From Nostoc punctiforme PCC 73102 (lineage in GTDB: Bacteria; Cyanobacteriota; Cyanobacteriia; Cyanobacteriales; Nostocaceae): a DNA stretch of 32,000 nucleotides. Below, one piece after another: positions 9,164 through 18,474 of the stretch. Under the pieces are notes generated by a model. The model was not told where the DNA came from, made no database searches, and saw only the letters and a program-made list of their open reading frames with translations. Position 1 is the stretch's first letter, and each line of letters begins with the position of its first letter. The position numbers and the translations under genes are program-made. The DNA lies in the NCBI RefSeq assembly GCF_000020025.1, contig NC_010628.1, positions 4,860,001 to 4,892,000 on the forward strand. Reading direction: 5' to 3'.

Positions 9164-9973
9164 TTATTTTTTCGGAGCGGGCGCAGCAGCTGGGGATTGA
9201 TTCGGCGCAAGTGAGCGAATAAAACTGATGGACTCCCGCGATGGATACAGAACAATTTTATTGATACTAGGATCGCTGCTGCTATTGAGAGCCTCCATAA
9301 CACCGTATAAATCCACTACCTGAATTTCAGTGTTCTCTGCTTCCTTCGGCACGGCTTTTTTGAATTGCTCTAACAGAGCCACTGCTTGCTCTTTTTCAAA
9401 AAAGAATGGGATGTACCGCTCGTTGCCTTTTGCCAAGGGAATGGTCAAATAGCTATTATCTTTCTTAAATTTGGGTACAAATAAGGGAATCCCATTGAAT
9501 TGCTCCCCTTTTTTACCATTTTGATTCAGCATACTTGTTGCCGAAGCTACCTGTGCTTGCGTCGGGACTAAAGTATAAATTACAGAGTCTGATTTCTTTT
9601 TGCTTTCTTGGACTATTTTATAGTAGTCTGCCAGGGATAAAGGTCTTACCTGTAAAGTGCTTGCCAATTGGGGATTTTCTTTTTTGAGCCGATTGTCAAG
9701 GAATTTTTGAGCATCTTGCTTGCTAATAAAAAATCCTACTTGTGAGATCGGCTTGGACGCATTGTTTTTCCTGGAAAGAACTACGAATTCACCTTTAGGA
9801 TTAGTCAGGGTGAATACAGGTACTTCTTGGAGCTTTTTCACTATCTGATCTTGTGGCAACGCTACCGCCTCTAGATTGCCTATTCCCGGTAGATTGCCTA
9901 TTCCTGAAAGTCCCGCTAAAAATACACTGCCAGCTATACCCAATGTTGCGCCTAAGCGAATAAATGATTTCAT
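9164..9973 (-). CDS. Tic22-like family periplasmic protein
   Basis: It has a signal peptide (MKSFIRLGATLGIAGSVFLAG) and two repeated modules starting VPVFTLTNPKGEF and IPLFVPKFKKDNSYLTI, as in cyanobacterial Tic22 homologues. I place the start at the ATG at 9973 rather than the track start at 10036. Confidence 0.65.
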   Translation of the reverse strand: MKSFIRLGATLGIAGSVFLAGLSGIGNLPGIGNLEAVALPQDQIVKKLQEVPVFTLTNPKGEFVVLSRKNNASKPISQVGFFISKQDAQKFLDNRLKKENPQLASTLQVRPLSLADYYKIVQESKKKSDSVIYTLVPTQAQVASATSMLNQNGKKGEQFNGIPLFVPKFKKDNSYLTIPLAKGNERYIPFFFEKEQAVALLEQFKKAVPKEAENTEIQVVDLYGVMEALNSSSDPSINKIVLYPSRESISFIRSLAPNQSPAAAPAPKK

Positions 9974-10572
9974 GACTGCTCCTCGCATCAATAATCTAAT
10001 TAAATTAAACAAATGGTTGGATTTGCACAGCACCAACTAGCTTTAGTTATATAGCAATCTATTTCAGTTGGGAAAAATTCATTGTGCGCGTTGAGGTTTA
10101 GTGTTAGGCATCAACGGTCAAAATCCAATATTCCCCAGCTATTGAGGGTTGCTATAATCGGTTTCACAAATTGACAGTACTAAAGTTGTGTTCTTCTCGA
10201 TTTCGCTTTGCTATTCACCACGAAATGCTGTAGATGCCTACTATATGTCTTCTCAAACGGTGAAAAGTTTCTTAGTCTCTCGACCTTGGATATGATAAAT
10301 GCCATTCTATCGGCTTTCTCTAATATCGGGTGACGCTACTACTTAATCAATCGTTCCATCGCGCTTGCTTTAATATTTTCTCAAATCGATACAAAGTCCA
10401 GTATCAGCAATATCTTACTGCTTCAGGGTGAAATTTCCTTGTTAGGCTTCAACATTTAATCCAACACTATAACAGGCAAATTGCTATTATTCGCAAGAAT
10501 CTATAATTTAACTGCATAGCCTAGCAAGTAAACTTTGCCAATTTACTTTACCTGTTAAAAACATTACTTAAA

Positions 10573-10646
10573 TCGGGATGACAGGATTTGAACCTGCGGC
10601 ATCCTGCTCCCAAAGCAGGCGCGCTACCAAGCTGCGCTACATCCCG
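10573..10646 (-). tRNA. tRNA-Pro (anticodon UGG)
   Basis: The minus strand reads CGGGATGTAGCGCAGCTTGGTAGCGCGCCTGCTTTGGGAGCAGGATGCCGCAGGTTCAAATCCTGTCATCCCGA. This folds by hand into a full cloverleaf: 7-bp acceptor stem, GCGC/GCGC D stem, CCTGC/GCAGG anticodon stem, loop TTTGGGA and T-loop TTCAAAT. CCA is not encoded. Confidence 0.95.
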
Positions 10647-10944
10647 GTTATAATCATCTACTTTTGGGAGTTTGGTTTTAGTTTCCCATCAAAGCGATCG
10701 CGCTTTACCAAAAGCATTAAGGTCACTATATCACATCATACGGTTTATGCCTAATCTTTTTTCCTTTGCCAAGAACAAGATAGATTAGATTTTTACACCG
10801 ATAAAGGTTTTTTGCCGACTTAGTTCTACAAGATATATACTTGCACCCTTGCCGGCAGAAAAAAGCAAAACTACATCAAAATAATAGATTTTCACCATTT
10901 GACCTGATTTTATTGTGCAAATCGGGTTCTATTTTGATTGAGCG

Positions 10945-11493
10945 CTAGTGAGGATACCAGAACATGCCTTTAATGCCTTCTGGATCAGCCATAAACCCCA
11001 TAGTCCGGTAGAAATCTACAACATGGGGATCTGCAAAGAGAGTGACATTACTAATTTCTTCACTTCTCAGTTTTTTGAGAACATATTTCATCAGTGCTTT
11101 ACCCAGTCCTTGACTTTGAAAGTCTGGGTGAACCACCACATCCCAAATAGTGGCATTAAACGCGTGATCTGAGGTAGCGCGGGCAAAACCAATGAGCCGC
11201 TTTTGGTTTCCTCTCACCTGCCACATTGAGGCGACAAGAAAACTATGCTCAATAGCTTTTTTCACTTTTCTTAGAGGACGACGCGACCAACCAACTGCAT
11301 CACAGAGTTCTTCTAGCTCATACAGGTCAATATCTCGCTCCGTACTGAAGACGATGCGAGTTTCCTTTGAAGAAGCTTCGCTAATACTGATGGGGTTGGA
11401 ATTGCCCGCAGCATCCACACGCTCTTCAAAAGGGTTTGTCCTAGTTGCCGCTACAGATTCAGGAGTACTAAACCAAGTTTTCCAAAAACCCAT
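10945..11493 (-). CDS. GNAT family N-acetyltransferase (paralogue of 6090-6560, with an N-terminal extension)
   Basis: 182-aa ORF with the core [41 protein letters not shown]. It shares the IDLY.L.EL and [10 protein letters not shown]....ATIWDVV.HP..QS.GLG blocks with the other GNAT. Confidence 0.88.
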   Translation of the reverse strand: MGFWKTWFSTPESVAATRTNPFEERVDAAGNSNPISISEASSKETRIVFSTERDIDLYELEELCDAVGWSRRPLRKVKKAIEHSFLVASMWQVRGNQKRLIGFARATSDHAFNATIWDVVVHPDFQSQGLGKALMKYVLKKLRSEEISNVTLFADPHVVDFYRTMGFMADPEGIKGMFWYPH

Positions 11494-11999
11494 GCCAACG
11501 TGGTTCGGGTAGTATAACTAAATTGGTTTCCACTCTCAGGAGTGTTGATTCACGTTTAACATAGCTACCTCCATTTGCTACCCCTTACACTCAAAGTTTT
11601 TCGGTTGTTTTTGGGATTTGCAATGGTAACAGCTATTTAGAGCGTGTTTCACACCAATCATTTTCAACTTTAGCATTTTGTTGTAAAGGCTAGGAGAAAT
11701 TCCCCAAAAGTAAGGATATAAACTAATTCAAAATTTCAAATCACTCCCTATTCACTCATCCTCTTGCTTCTAAAGGAATTGGACACCGAAGTTATGATGG
11801 TCAGAAGCCTCTGCTTAGAATGCAAAATTTAATATGGAAAACCAAATCCTGACAATTGCTCGTATAGAGCTTAAATGCAGGTTAGCTTAGGAGTGAATTG
11901 TATACAAGAGATTGAGTATTCGGGAAAATTCTTCCCTAGTCCCCAACATCCAGCCCCTAGTCCCCAGGTGATGAAAGCAAGCGAGTCTTACCCTTAACA

Positions 12000-12719
12000 A
12001 TGGCTTCTGGTTTAAAATCTTCAACACTGGAACTTCTAAAGCGCTTTAATCGAGCGTTTCCCCAGTTTTATGAGCAATTCGTCAGCAGTGAGATTCAACT
12101 GCAAAATTTGCGCCTAGCCTACCGTCTCTATAAAACTAGACGCGCTGTGATTGAACTGAAACCGGAAGGTAGTAAAAGTGCTTTGCATTTTGCTTACCGT
12201 AACCAGTCTTTTCTCCTCAGCGATATTTTTGGTGTACTAGCAGCTTATGGGTTGACTATTCACGGTCTGAGTCTATACGGTCAGATCCGTCCGCCAATGT
12301 TAGTTTTTATCAAATTGTTGGTATCTCGTGGGAGTAAAGCCTTGACCGAGAAGACCGCAGAAAATGTCTGTCGCGCCATCCGCGAGGCTTTAGGAGGTCG
12401 GTTTGAGGTAGAAGAGATGCTGGCAGTAGAATTTAATCTTGATACTGGCTTAGAGCAGGTACAAACTGAGTTCTATGTCGATCCGGTCTTTCATCTCCCT
12501 GCCTTGGTGATTGAAGCCGATAATCAACCAGGATTATTCTACAAAGTGATGTACGCCATCTGGCAGGAAGACCTGCTGGTAGTCAATGCCAATTTATTGG
12601 TTTGGCGTGGACGTACACGGTTAATTCTCTACTTATTGGGGCCAAATGAAAGCCTTATTCCTGAATATCTCGGTCACAAAATTGCCGAGGGAGTGCGACA
12701 GAGGTTGCTGGGGAAATGA
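12000..12719 (+). CDS. hypothetical protein with two ACT-like domains
   Basis: 239-aa ORF. Two segments (SFLLSDIFGVLAAYGLTIHGLSLYG and DNQPGLFYKVMYAIWQEDLLVVNANLLVW) resemble the paired ACT modules at the C-terminus of GlnD-type proteins. The product call is tentative. Confidence 0.55.
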   Translation: MASGLKSSTLELLKRFNRAFPQFYEQFVSSEIQLQNLRLAYRLYKTRRAVIELKPEGSKSALHFAYRNQSFLLSDIFGVLAAYGLTIHGLSLYGQIRPPMLVFIKLLVSRGSKALTEKTAENVCRAIREALGGRFEVEEMLAVEFNLDTGLEQVQTEFYVDPVFHLPALVIEADNQPGLFYKVMYAIWQEDLLVVNANLLVWRGRTRLILYLLGPNESLIPEYLGHKIAEGVRQRLLGK

Positions 12720-12720
12720 G

Positions 12721-12836
12721 AAAAGTGAGAAGTTATCAGTTAAATAATTCGTAATGATGCTCCTGCGTCGCTAACGTAATTCGTAATTAAAAATTCCTAA
12801 CTCTTAACTCCTGTATAGACGCGATTAATCGCGTCT
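12721..12836. repeat. composite hairpin element ending in the perfect 20-bp palindrome AGACGCGATTAATCGCGTCT
   Basis: AGTTAnn-type heptamers (agtgaga agttatc agttaaa) and aattcgtaat repeats are followed by complementary taactc-type heptamers and the palindrome at 12817-12836. A second copy of the palindrome and its flank lies at 16717-16736. Confidence 0.8.
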
Positions 12837-12888
12837 CTCTTCCTATTCCGTATTTAGTCGCACCCGCCCTTCGGGGTACGATATAAAT

Positions 12889-13800
12889 ATGGCAACTATC
12901 GAAATCTTGGGCGTTCTACACGCATACGAGCTAACGGCTCCCACTTCCTGCCCCCACGCTTTAGTATTTATCCACGGTTGGCTCAATAGCCGTGGATATT
13001 GGCAACCTGTGATTTCCCGCCTATCAGATGATTTGCAGTGCCTTTCCTATGATTTGCGGGGTTTTGGTGAATCCCAGTCCCAGGTAAAAACCGATTTTAG
13101 TCGGGCACAAACGTCTCTAAGTCTGATGCCCACCTCGAATAGTGCGCTTGGTTCACCAATCGATTCTCTTTATACTCCTGTTGCTTATGCTCAGGATTTA
13201 GCCATTCTCCTAAAACAGCTGAATATTACTAGTGCTTGGCTAATTGGTCACTCTTTGGGAGGTACGATCGCTCTTTGGGGAGCAGATCAAATACCTGAGT
13301 GTGTTAAAGGAGTTATCTGTATCAATGCTGGCGGTGGTATTTACCTGAAAGAAGCTTTTGAGCAGTTTCGCTCGGCGGGTCAGAAATTTTTGCAAGTCCG
13401 CCCGCGTTGGCTCTCCCAAGTGCCTTTAATTGATTTGCTGTTTACTAGAGCCAGTGTAGTTCGTCCTTTAGACCGCCATTGGGCACGTCAGAGGCTGATT
13501 GATTTCGTTGTGGCTGACCCAGAAGCAGCGTTAGGAACTCTCTTAGATTCCACAACGGAGGAAGAAATCAATCGTTTACCTGAACTAGTATCCCAACTGA
13601 AGCAGCCAGTTTATTTTTTGGCTGGTGCTGAGGATAAGGTTATGGAACCCAAGTATGTACGTCATTTAGCCAGCTTTCACAGACTGTTCCAATACTGTGG
13701 TGACAATGTTCTGGAAATTCCTAATTGCGGGCATCTGGCTATGTTGGAACAGCCGGATGAAGTGGCCGATCGCATTCGGTCGATAGTCATTAGTCATTAG
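12889..13800 (+). CDS. alpha/beta fold hydrolase
   Basis: 303-aa ORF with LVFIHGW, the nucleophile elbow GHSLGG and a C-terminal catalytic His context (PNCGHLAMLEQP). Confidence 0.88.
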   Translation: MATIEILGVLHAYELTAPTSCPHALVFIHGWLNSRGYWQPVISRLSDDLQCLSYDLRGFGESQSQVKTDFSRAQTSLSLMPTSNSALGSPIDSLYTPVAYAQDLAILLKQLNITSAWLIGHSLGGTIALWGADQIPECVKGVICINAGGGIYLKEAFEQFRSAGQKFLQVRPRWLSQVPLIDLLFTRASVVRPLDRHWARQRLIDFVVADPEAALGTLLDSTTEEEINRLPELVSQLKQPVYFLAGAEDKVMEPKYVRHLASFHRLFQYCGDNVLEIPNCGHLAMLEQPDEVADRIRSIVISH

Positions 13801-13857
13801 TCATTAGTCATTGGTGGTTACAAAGGGACAAAGGACAAAAGACAAAGGACAAATAAC
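13785..13857. repeat. STRR-like heptamer arrays (AGTCATT x4, then GGACAAA-type x4)
   Basis: The sequence reads agtcatt agtcatt agtcatt agtcatt (13785-13812), then caaagggacaaaggacaaaagacaaaggacaaa (13821-13853). The first array encodes the last residues and the stop of the hydrolase gene. Confidence 0.85.
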
Positions 13858-14906
13858 TACTCAAGAGGGTGATATAACTTCATCACTTGGGTCAGCGCTA
13901 ACCTAGACTCAACGCCTAGCGTGAGAGGCGATGTATGACCATGAGATAGATGATCGGCAGCGGCACAGCCGATCATGGCGGCATTATCGGTACAAAACTT
14001 CAGAGGCGGGAATAGGACGCGGAGGTTATGTTTAACGGCGGCGGCTTGGAGATTTTTTCTCAACCCGCTATTAGCTGCTACACCGCCACCAATAGCAATT
14101 GTGTCTAAACCATAGTCTAGGGCACAGGCGATCGCTCTTTTGGTTAGCGATCGCGCTACGGTTTCCTGAAAGCTAGCTGCTACATCTGCCACTGGCACTT
14201 GTTCACCATCTTTCTCTAATTGCTGCACTAAACGCAATACAGCCGTTTTTAACCCACTAAAACTCGCATCATAACGATGAAACCCGCCGCCAGGTAAAGA
14301 AACTTTTCCTTCTGGTAGAGCAAAGGCTTGGGGATTTCCTTGTTGTGCCAACTTGTCAATTACTGGGCCACCCGGATAACCCAGCTTTAACAATCGCGCC
14401 ACTTTATCAAAGGCTTCACCCGCAGCATCATCACGGGTTTGCCCCAGTGTTTCGTAGTTACCACAATCTTTGACGAAAATCAAGCTTGTATGTCCGCCAG
14501 AAACTAATAAACTCAAGAAAGGGGGATTTAGACTTGATTCACTCAAGTAAGTTGCATAAATGTGACCTTCGAGGTGATGAACTCCCAAAAATGGCTTGTT
14601 ATGTACCATCGCTAGGGTTTTGGCAGCAGTTAACCCCACTAACAGCGCTCCTAGGAGTCCGGGCGCACAAGTGGCAGCAATTGCGTCAATTTGTCCCCAG
14701 TCTAGCTGGGCTTGCTCTAAGGCTTGTGCGATCGCAACATTTATCGTTTCCAAGTGCTGGCGAGATGCGACTTCTGGCACTACCCCGCCATACTGCTGAT
14801 GGACTGGAATTTGCGAGGTGACAATACTGCTGCAAACTTTACGATTGTTAACAATTGCAACGGCAGTTTCATCACAGCTGGTTTCTATTGCTAAAACGGT
14901 TGTCAT
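13857..14906 (-). CDS. tsaD: tRNA N6-adenosine threonylcarbamoyltransferase
   Basis: 349-aa ORF with the motifs [23 protein letters not shown] and a C-terminal [10 protein letters not shown], all typical of the Kae1/TsaD family. Confidence 0.95.
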   Translation of the reverse strand: MTTVLAIETSCDETAVAIVNNRKVCSSIVTSQIPVHQQYGGVVPEVASRQHLETINVAIAQALEQAQLDWGQIDAIAATCAPGLLGALLVGLTAAKTLAMVHNKPFLGVHHLEGHIYATYLSESSLNPPFLSLLVSGGHTSLIFVKDCGNYETLGQTRDDAAGEAFDKVARLLKLGYPGGPVIDKLAQQGNPQAFALPEGKVSLPGGGFHRYDASFSGLKTAVLRLVQQLEKDGEQVPVADVAASFQETVARSLTKRAIACALDYGLDTIAIGGGVAANSGLRKNLQAAAVKHNLRVLFPPLKFCTDNAAMIGCAAADHLSHGHTSPLTLGVESRLALTQVMKLYHPLE

Positions 14907-15173
14907 TTAAAGTAATGAGTGCTGAGTCTGGAGTCCAGAGTAATAAAAAGAAAATCTTGCTTCTTTACTACCCTACAACAACAATTCTTATACTCAGCAC
15001 TCAAGACTTCACACTCTATTTTGGTTGAGAAGCTTTAACTTTTATTTACTTAAACTTTACTCGGTTCCCACCCAAGAGTATGATGACTTCCTAGTTATGC
15101 AAATAAACAGCTGTACAAGCCGCTTCGTTTTGTACAAAGAACTTCTTGTTTTGTAATAAAAGGAAACAACTCT

Positions 15174-15668
15174 ATGCGACGATTGTTTGCTTTGATGTTA
15201 GCGATTTGTCTTTGGTTCAATTTTGCCTCCCCAGCACAAGCTTTAGGGGCTAATTTGACACCGTGCAAGGACAATCCCGCTTTTCAAGAGCTAGCAGCTA
15301 ATGCCCGTAATACAACTGCTGACCCCCAATCAGGGAAAAAGCGGTTTGAGCGTTATTCTCAGGCACTGTGCGGCCCTGAAGGCTACCCCCACTTAATTGT
15401 TGATGGTCGTCTTGATCGAGCTGGTGACTTTTTGATCCCCAGCATTCTGTTTCTATATATTGCTGGTTGGATTGGCTGGGTAGGTCGTACCTATCTGCAA
15501 GCAATCAAAAAGGAATCTGACACTGAACTCAAAGAAATCCAAATCGATCTTGGTTTGGCACTCCCTATAATTGCATCAGGCTTTACTTGGCCAGTAGCAG
15601 CACTGCAAGAGTTTCTCTCTGGAAAATTAGCAGCGAAGGATTCAGAAATCCCTATTTCCCCACGCTAA
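15174..15668 (+). CDS. psaF: photosystem I reaction centre subunit III
   Basis: 164-aa ORF with a signal peptide, [10 protein letters not shown] and [23 protein letters not shown], all characteristic of PsaF. Confidence 0.95.
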   Translation: MRRLFALMLAICLWFNFASPAQALGANLTPCKDNPAFQELAANARNTTADPQSGKKRFERYSQALCGPEGYPHLIVDGRLDRAGDFLIPSILFLYIAGWIGWVGRTYLQAIKKESDTELKEIQIDLGLALPIIASGFTWPVAALQEFLSGKLAAKDSEIPISPR

Positions 15669-15707
15669 ATCAGCTTAACTAATTCATTCGTTTTGGAGAA
15701 TAAATTC

Positions 15708-15857
15708 ATGGCAGACAAAGGCGATCAATCATCATATTTGATTAAGTTTATTTCCACAGCACCTGTGGCAGCTACCATCTGGCTGACAATCACAGCAGGT
15801 ATCTTGATTGAATTCAACCGCTTTTTCCCCGACTTACTTTTCCACCCACTGCCATAA
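15708..15857 (+). CDS. psaJ: photosystem I reaction centre subunit IX
   Basis: 49-aa ORF absent from the supplied track: [49 protein letters not shown]. The LSTAPV...[19 protein letters not shown] pattern is the PsaJ signature. It lies 39 nt after psaF. Confidence 0.92.
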   Translation: MADKGDQSSYLIKFISTAPVAATIWLTITAGILIEFNRFFPDLLFHPLP

Positions 15858-15976
15858 GTGGAAAATGGAATTTAGCACAGTTGAATTTGTTGTGTTTTTC
15901 CTAAAATTATGTAGTTGATGTATTCAGCTTAGGTAAGCAGAATTATCACCAAAATAGGCAGCACAAAGAGTTTTTT

Positions 15977-16020
15977 GAAACTCGCGATCCTGTTTACAGA
16001 TCGCGAGTTTCACACTTTTA
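15977..16020 (+). terminator. rho-independent terminator candidate for psaF-psaJ
   Basis: Perfect 13-bp stem GAAACTCGCGATC (15977-15989) with GATCGCGAGTTTC (15999-16011), a 9-nt loop and a T-containing tail (acactttt). Confidence 0.7.
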
Positions 16021-16130
16021 AAAGTAGCTAAATTAATTTTTCTAAACTTCTTAGCCAAAAGACATCTTTAGCTACAATTATTATTAATATAAAAATGCCA
16101 CCATTTTAAATTTAGAGGCGAACATAAAAT

Positions 16131-16652
16131 ATGGCACAAGCTGTAGACGCATCAAAGAATCTCCCCAGCGATCCCAGAAATCGGGAAGTTGTTTTCCCTG
16201 CATTTCGCGATCCGCAACTGGGAAACCTAGAAACGCCGGTTAATGCTTCTCCCTTGAGCAAGTGGTTCATTAATAACTTACCTGCCTATCGCCCAGGTCT
16301 GTCTCCTGCTAGACGCGGTTTAGAAGTTGGCATGGCTCATGGTTACTGGATATTTGGCCCCTTTGCCAAATTGGGCCCACTGCGAGATACAGATAATGCG
16401 AATTTAGCTGGTTTACTGGCAGCCATTGGCTTGGTTGTTCTTCTTACCGGGGCCCTATCCCTGTATTCCAATAGCAATCCGCCGAAAGCACTTCCTAGCG
16501 TTACCGTACCCAATCCTCCGGTAGATGCTTTTAACTCTAAAGAAAGCTGGAACAATTTTGCTAGTTCTTTCTTGATTGGTGGTATTGGTGGTGCAGTGGT
16601 TGCTTACTTTTTGACTAGTAACCTGGGAATAATTCAAGGTTTATTTGGTTAA
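16131..16652 (+). CDS. psaL: photosystem I reaction centre subunit XI
   Basis: 173-aa ORF with FINNLPAYRPGLSPARRGLEVGMAHGYWIFGPF and two further C-terminal TM helices typical of PsaL. Confidence 0.95.
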   Translation: MAQAVDASKNLPSDPRNREVVFPAFRDPQLGNLETPVNASPLSKWFINNLPAYRPGLSPARRGLEVGMAHGYWIFGPFAKLGPLRDTDNANLAGLLAAIGLVVLLTGALSLYSNSNPPKALPSVTVPNPPVDAFNSKESWNNFASSFLIGGIGGAVVAYFLTSNLGIIQGLFG

Positions 16653-16665
16653 TTTAGAAATTAAA

Positions 16666-16736
16666 AGTTAGGAGTTAGAAGTTATGAATTCAAACTCCTA
16701 ACTCCTAACTGCATACAGACGCGATTAATCGCGTCT
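16666..16736. repeat. second copy of the composite hairpin element with the AGACGCGATTAATCGCGTCT palindrome
   Basis: AGTTAGGAGTTAG (16666-16678) pairs with CTAACTCCTAACT (16698-16710). This is followed by catacAGACGCGATTAATCGCGTCTctc (palindrome at 16717-16736). The element lies between convergent psaL and gmk, so it is a likely bidirectional terminator. Confidence 0.8.
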
Positions 16737-16751
16737 CTCCCAACTTCTAAG

Positions 16752-17348
16752 TTATTTAAACAAAACCGTTTCAATGTCATTTAAAGCAGTTTCAAAATCG
16801 TCATTAACGATTTGAATATCAAATTCATCTGCAGCTTGAATTTCCTCTTGGGCGCGGAGTAAACGACGAGCGATCGCTTCTTCAGAGTCTTGGGCGCGAG
16901 AGCGTATCCGTTTCTCCAATTCATCAAAAGAAGGCGGTAAAATAAAAATGCTGAGGGCACTGGGGAAGGAAGCACGAATTTGTCTTGCGCCTTCTAACTC
17001 AATTTCCAGCACTACCAACTTGCCAGATTGAATTTGGTTAAGTACAGCTTCACGGGGAGTGCCGTAATAGTTACCAGCAAATTCTGCCCATTCTAAAAAC
17101 TCGCGTTCAGCCACTAATTGTTCAAATTTACTAAGGCTGACAAAGTAATAATTTTTGCCATCGATTTCTCCTGAACGGGGAGAACGAGTCGTTGCGGATA
17201 CGGAAAAATAAAGTTCTGGATGACGTTGTAGCAGCGATCGCATTAAAGTGCCTTTACCAACCCCACTAGGGCCAGTCAAAACAATCAACCTGCCTAAATG
17301 TAAGCATTCTTCTGTGGTAGTACTACTCTGGATGGGTAAAACTGGCAT
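16752..17348 (-). CDS. gmk: guanylate kinase
   Basis: It has the P-loop [10 protein letters not shown] and the GMP-binding motifs [11 protein letters not shown] and YYGT. I choose the ATG at 17348. The track ORF starts at an upstream TTG (17375). Confidence 0.93.
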   Translation of the reverse strand: MPVLPIQSSTTTEECLHLGRLIVLTGPSGVGKGTLMRSLLQRHPELYFSVSATTRSPRSGEIDGKNYYFVSLSKFEQLVAEREFLEWAEFAGNYYGTPREAVLNQIQSGKLVVLEIELEGARQIRASFPSALSIFILPPSFDELEKRIRSRAQDSEEAIARRLLRAQEEIQAADEFDIQIVNDDFETALNDIETVLFK

Positions 17349-17513
17349 TATCCCCTCAACCTGTGAATCAATCAATAGATATTATTCATTAGTCTTGTGT
17401 TCCCGGCCAAGTCCACTAGTGACTAAGGAATTTGTAGCATGGGTGACAGAAAACTTATCTAATTCACATCGTACTGCTGATACGGTACAAAGAGGAGTGG
17501 GAATAATCTACTG

Positions 17514-17780
17514 TTAATTATCTACAGTTTGATGATCGCGGGAAATTACAAAGCGATTCGCTACCGTTTCCGGCTGAATTGCTGACAGAATTACGTGGCT
17601 GGAATCAGTGATAATTACAGCCCTAGTCCGACGACCGTAAGTTGCATCAATCAGTTGACCTCTGTCCCGCGCATCGGTAATAATCCGCTTAATTGGGGCA
17701 GACTCTGGACTGACAATTGCAACTACTCGGTTAGCAGACACAATGTTACCAAAGCCGATGTTGATTAATTGAATCTCCAT
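17514..17780 (-). CDS. remA: RemA/YlzA (DUF370) family regulator
   Basis: 88-aa ORF: [60 protein letters not shown]. This matches the RemA family pattern, and it sits directly upstream of gmk, as in Bacillus. Confidence 0.85.
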   Translation of the reverse strand: MEIQLINIGFGNIVSANRVVAIVSPESAPIKRIITDARDRGQLIDATYGRRTRAVIITDSSHVILSAIQPETVANRFVISRDHQTVDN

Positions 17781-18289
17781 AAAAAACTCACGCCAAAGGC
17801 GGTTTGAGAAGCTCGAAATAAACTTATTTCTATGTTATCGCCAAAAAACGGGAGTTACAACGCTTAAATTCAAGCCAGCCTTTGTTTTTAAATAATGTCT
17901 GCTTTTTTTCGCTGTTTATTGGCTAAACTTGCTGAAAATCTTCCCAAAGGCATAGGCGCAATTACACTGATACAAGCTAGTTGGATGATGTACATTTATT
18001 TTGTTTGAAACAAGTATCTAGCTCGAAAATTCATTGAGAGCAAAATCAAATGTTTGCAGAAGTAGAGAGAAGGGAAAGGAGTAATAAAAAGCTCTTTCCC
18101 TATCTTGCAAAAGCGAGTTTTAGTGCTTTTGTTTGTATGCAATAAACTCTGCTCTCTCTGCTAAAAGGCTACAGTGTAAACACAAGAATTACCGCAGCTA
18201 TATCTTTTAAATCTCGTACTGCGTTTTCATCCCGCCTCGGAATGAATTCCGAGTTTCATCGCTGAAGTCCACTCAGGGTGGACCAAATT

Positions 18290-18474
18290 AGGACTGACGC
18301 AAAATATCTCTCAAACTCTCATTTCTCCATGTCGTCGCCAGTTGCTTCTCCTGTGGTTGCTGCTGGGCGTAGCTTGCTTCCCCGCAGGGGTAGAAGGGCT
18401 TTTCTGCGGTAGCATTCGGCAAGCCGCTACGAGTCTACGTTATTTCGTTATCCCGTAACTTGTGCGTAAGTCCT
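18290..18474. repeat. MITE-like 185-bp element with imperfect terminal inverted repeats
   Basis: AGGACTGACGCA (18290-18301) versus TGCGTAAGTCCT (18463-18474) match at 11 of 12 positions as an inverted repeat. The interior is GC-rich and self-complementary. Small hairpins flank it at 18236-18253, 18267-18283 and 18490-18507. Confidence 0.4.

Noticed and set aside
10037-10944. tRNA-Pro as a possible integration site for an island (long spacers on both sides)
   Set aside because: There is no integrase, no phage or plasmid gene, and no direct repeat of the tRNA 3' end that I could find in the flanking spacers. The neighbours are housekeeping genes.
13785-13857. Heptamer arrays and hairpin repeats considered as a possible CRISPR array or other spaced-repeat system
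   Set aside because: The units are 7 nt and directly tandem, with no unique spacers. No repeat of CRISPR length (about 28-37 nt) recurs at regular spacing anywhere in the window, and no cas genes are present.
15045-15061. RpaB/HLR1-like direct repeat TTTACTtaaacTTTACT upstream of psaF
   Set aside because: The repeat period is 11 nt rather than the 10 nt of the HLR1 consensus (G/T)TTACA(T/A)(T/A)nn(G/T)TTACA(T/A)(T/A). Both units have T where the consensus has A. It may still be regulatory, but I cannot support the call.
17248-17517. 89-aa + strand ORF bridging gmk and remA
   Set aside because: It is antisense to the gmk 5' end and runs across the gmk-remA spacer into the remA stop. It has no motifs and is probably a chance open frame.
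17896-18009. 37-aa + strand ORF (MSAFFRCLLAKLAENLPKGIGAITLIQASWMMYIYFV) in the remA upstream spacer, plus similar mini-ORFs at 11795-11833 and 27998-28102
   Set aside because: None has a Shine-Dalgarno-like sequence or a recognisable family signature. In AT-rich spacers such short frames arise by chance.
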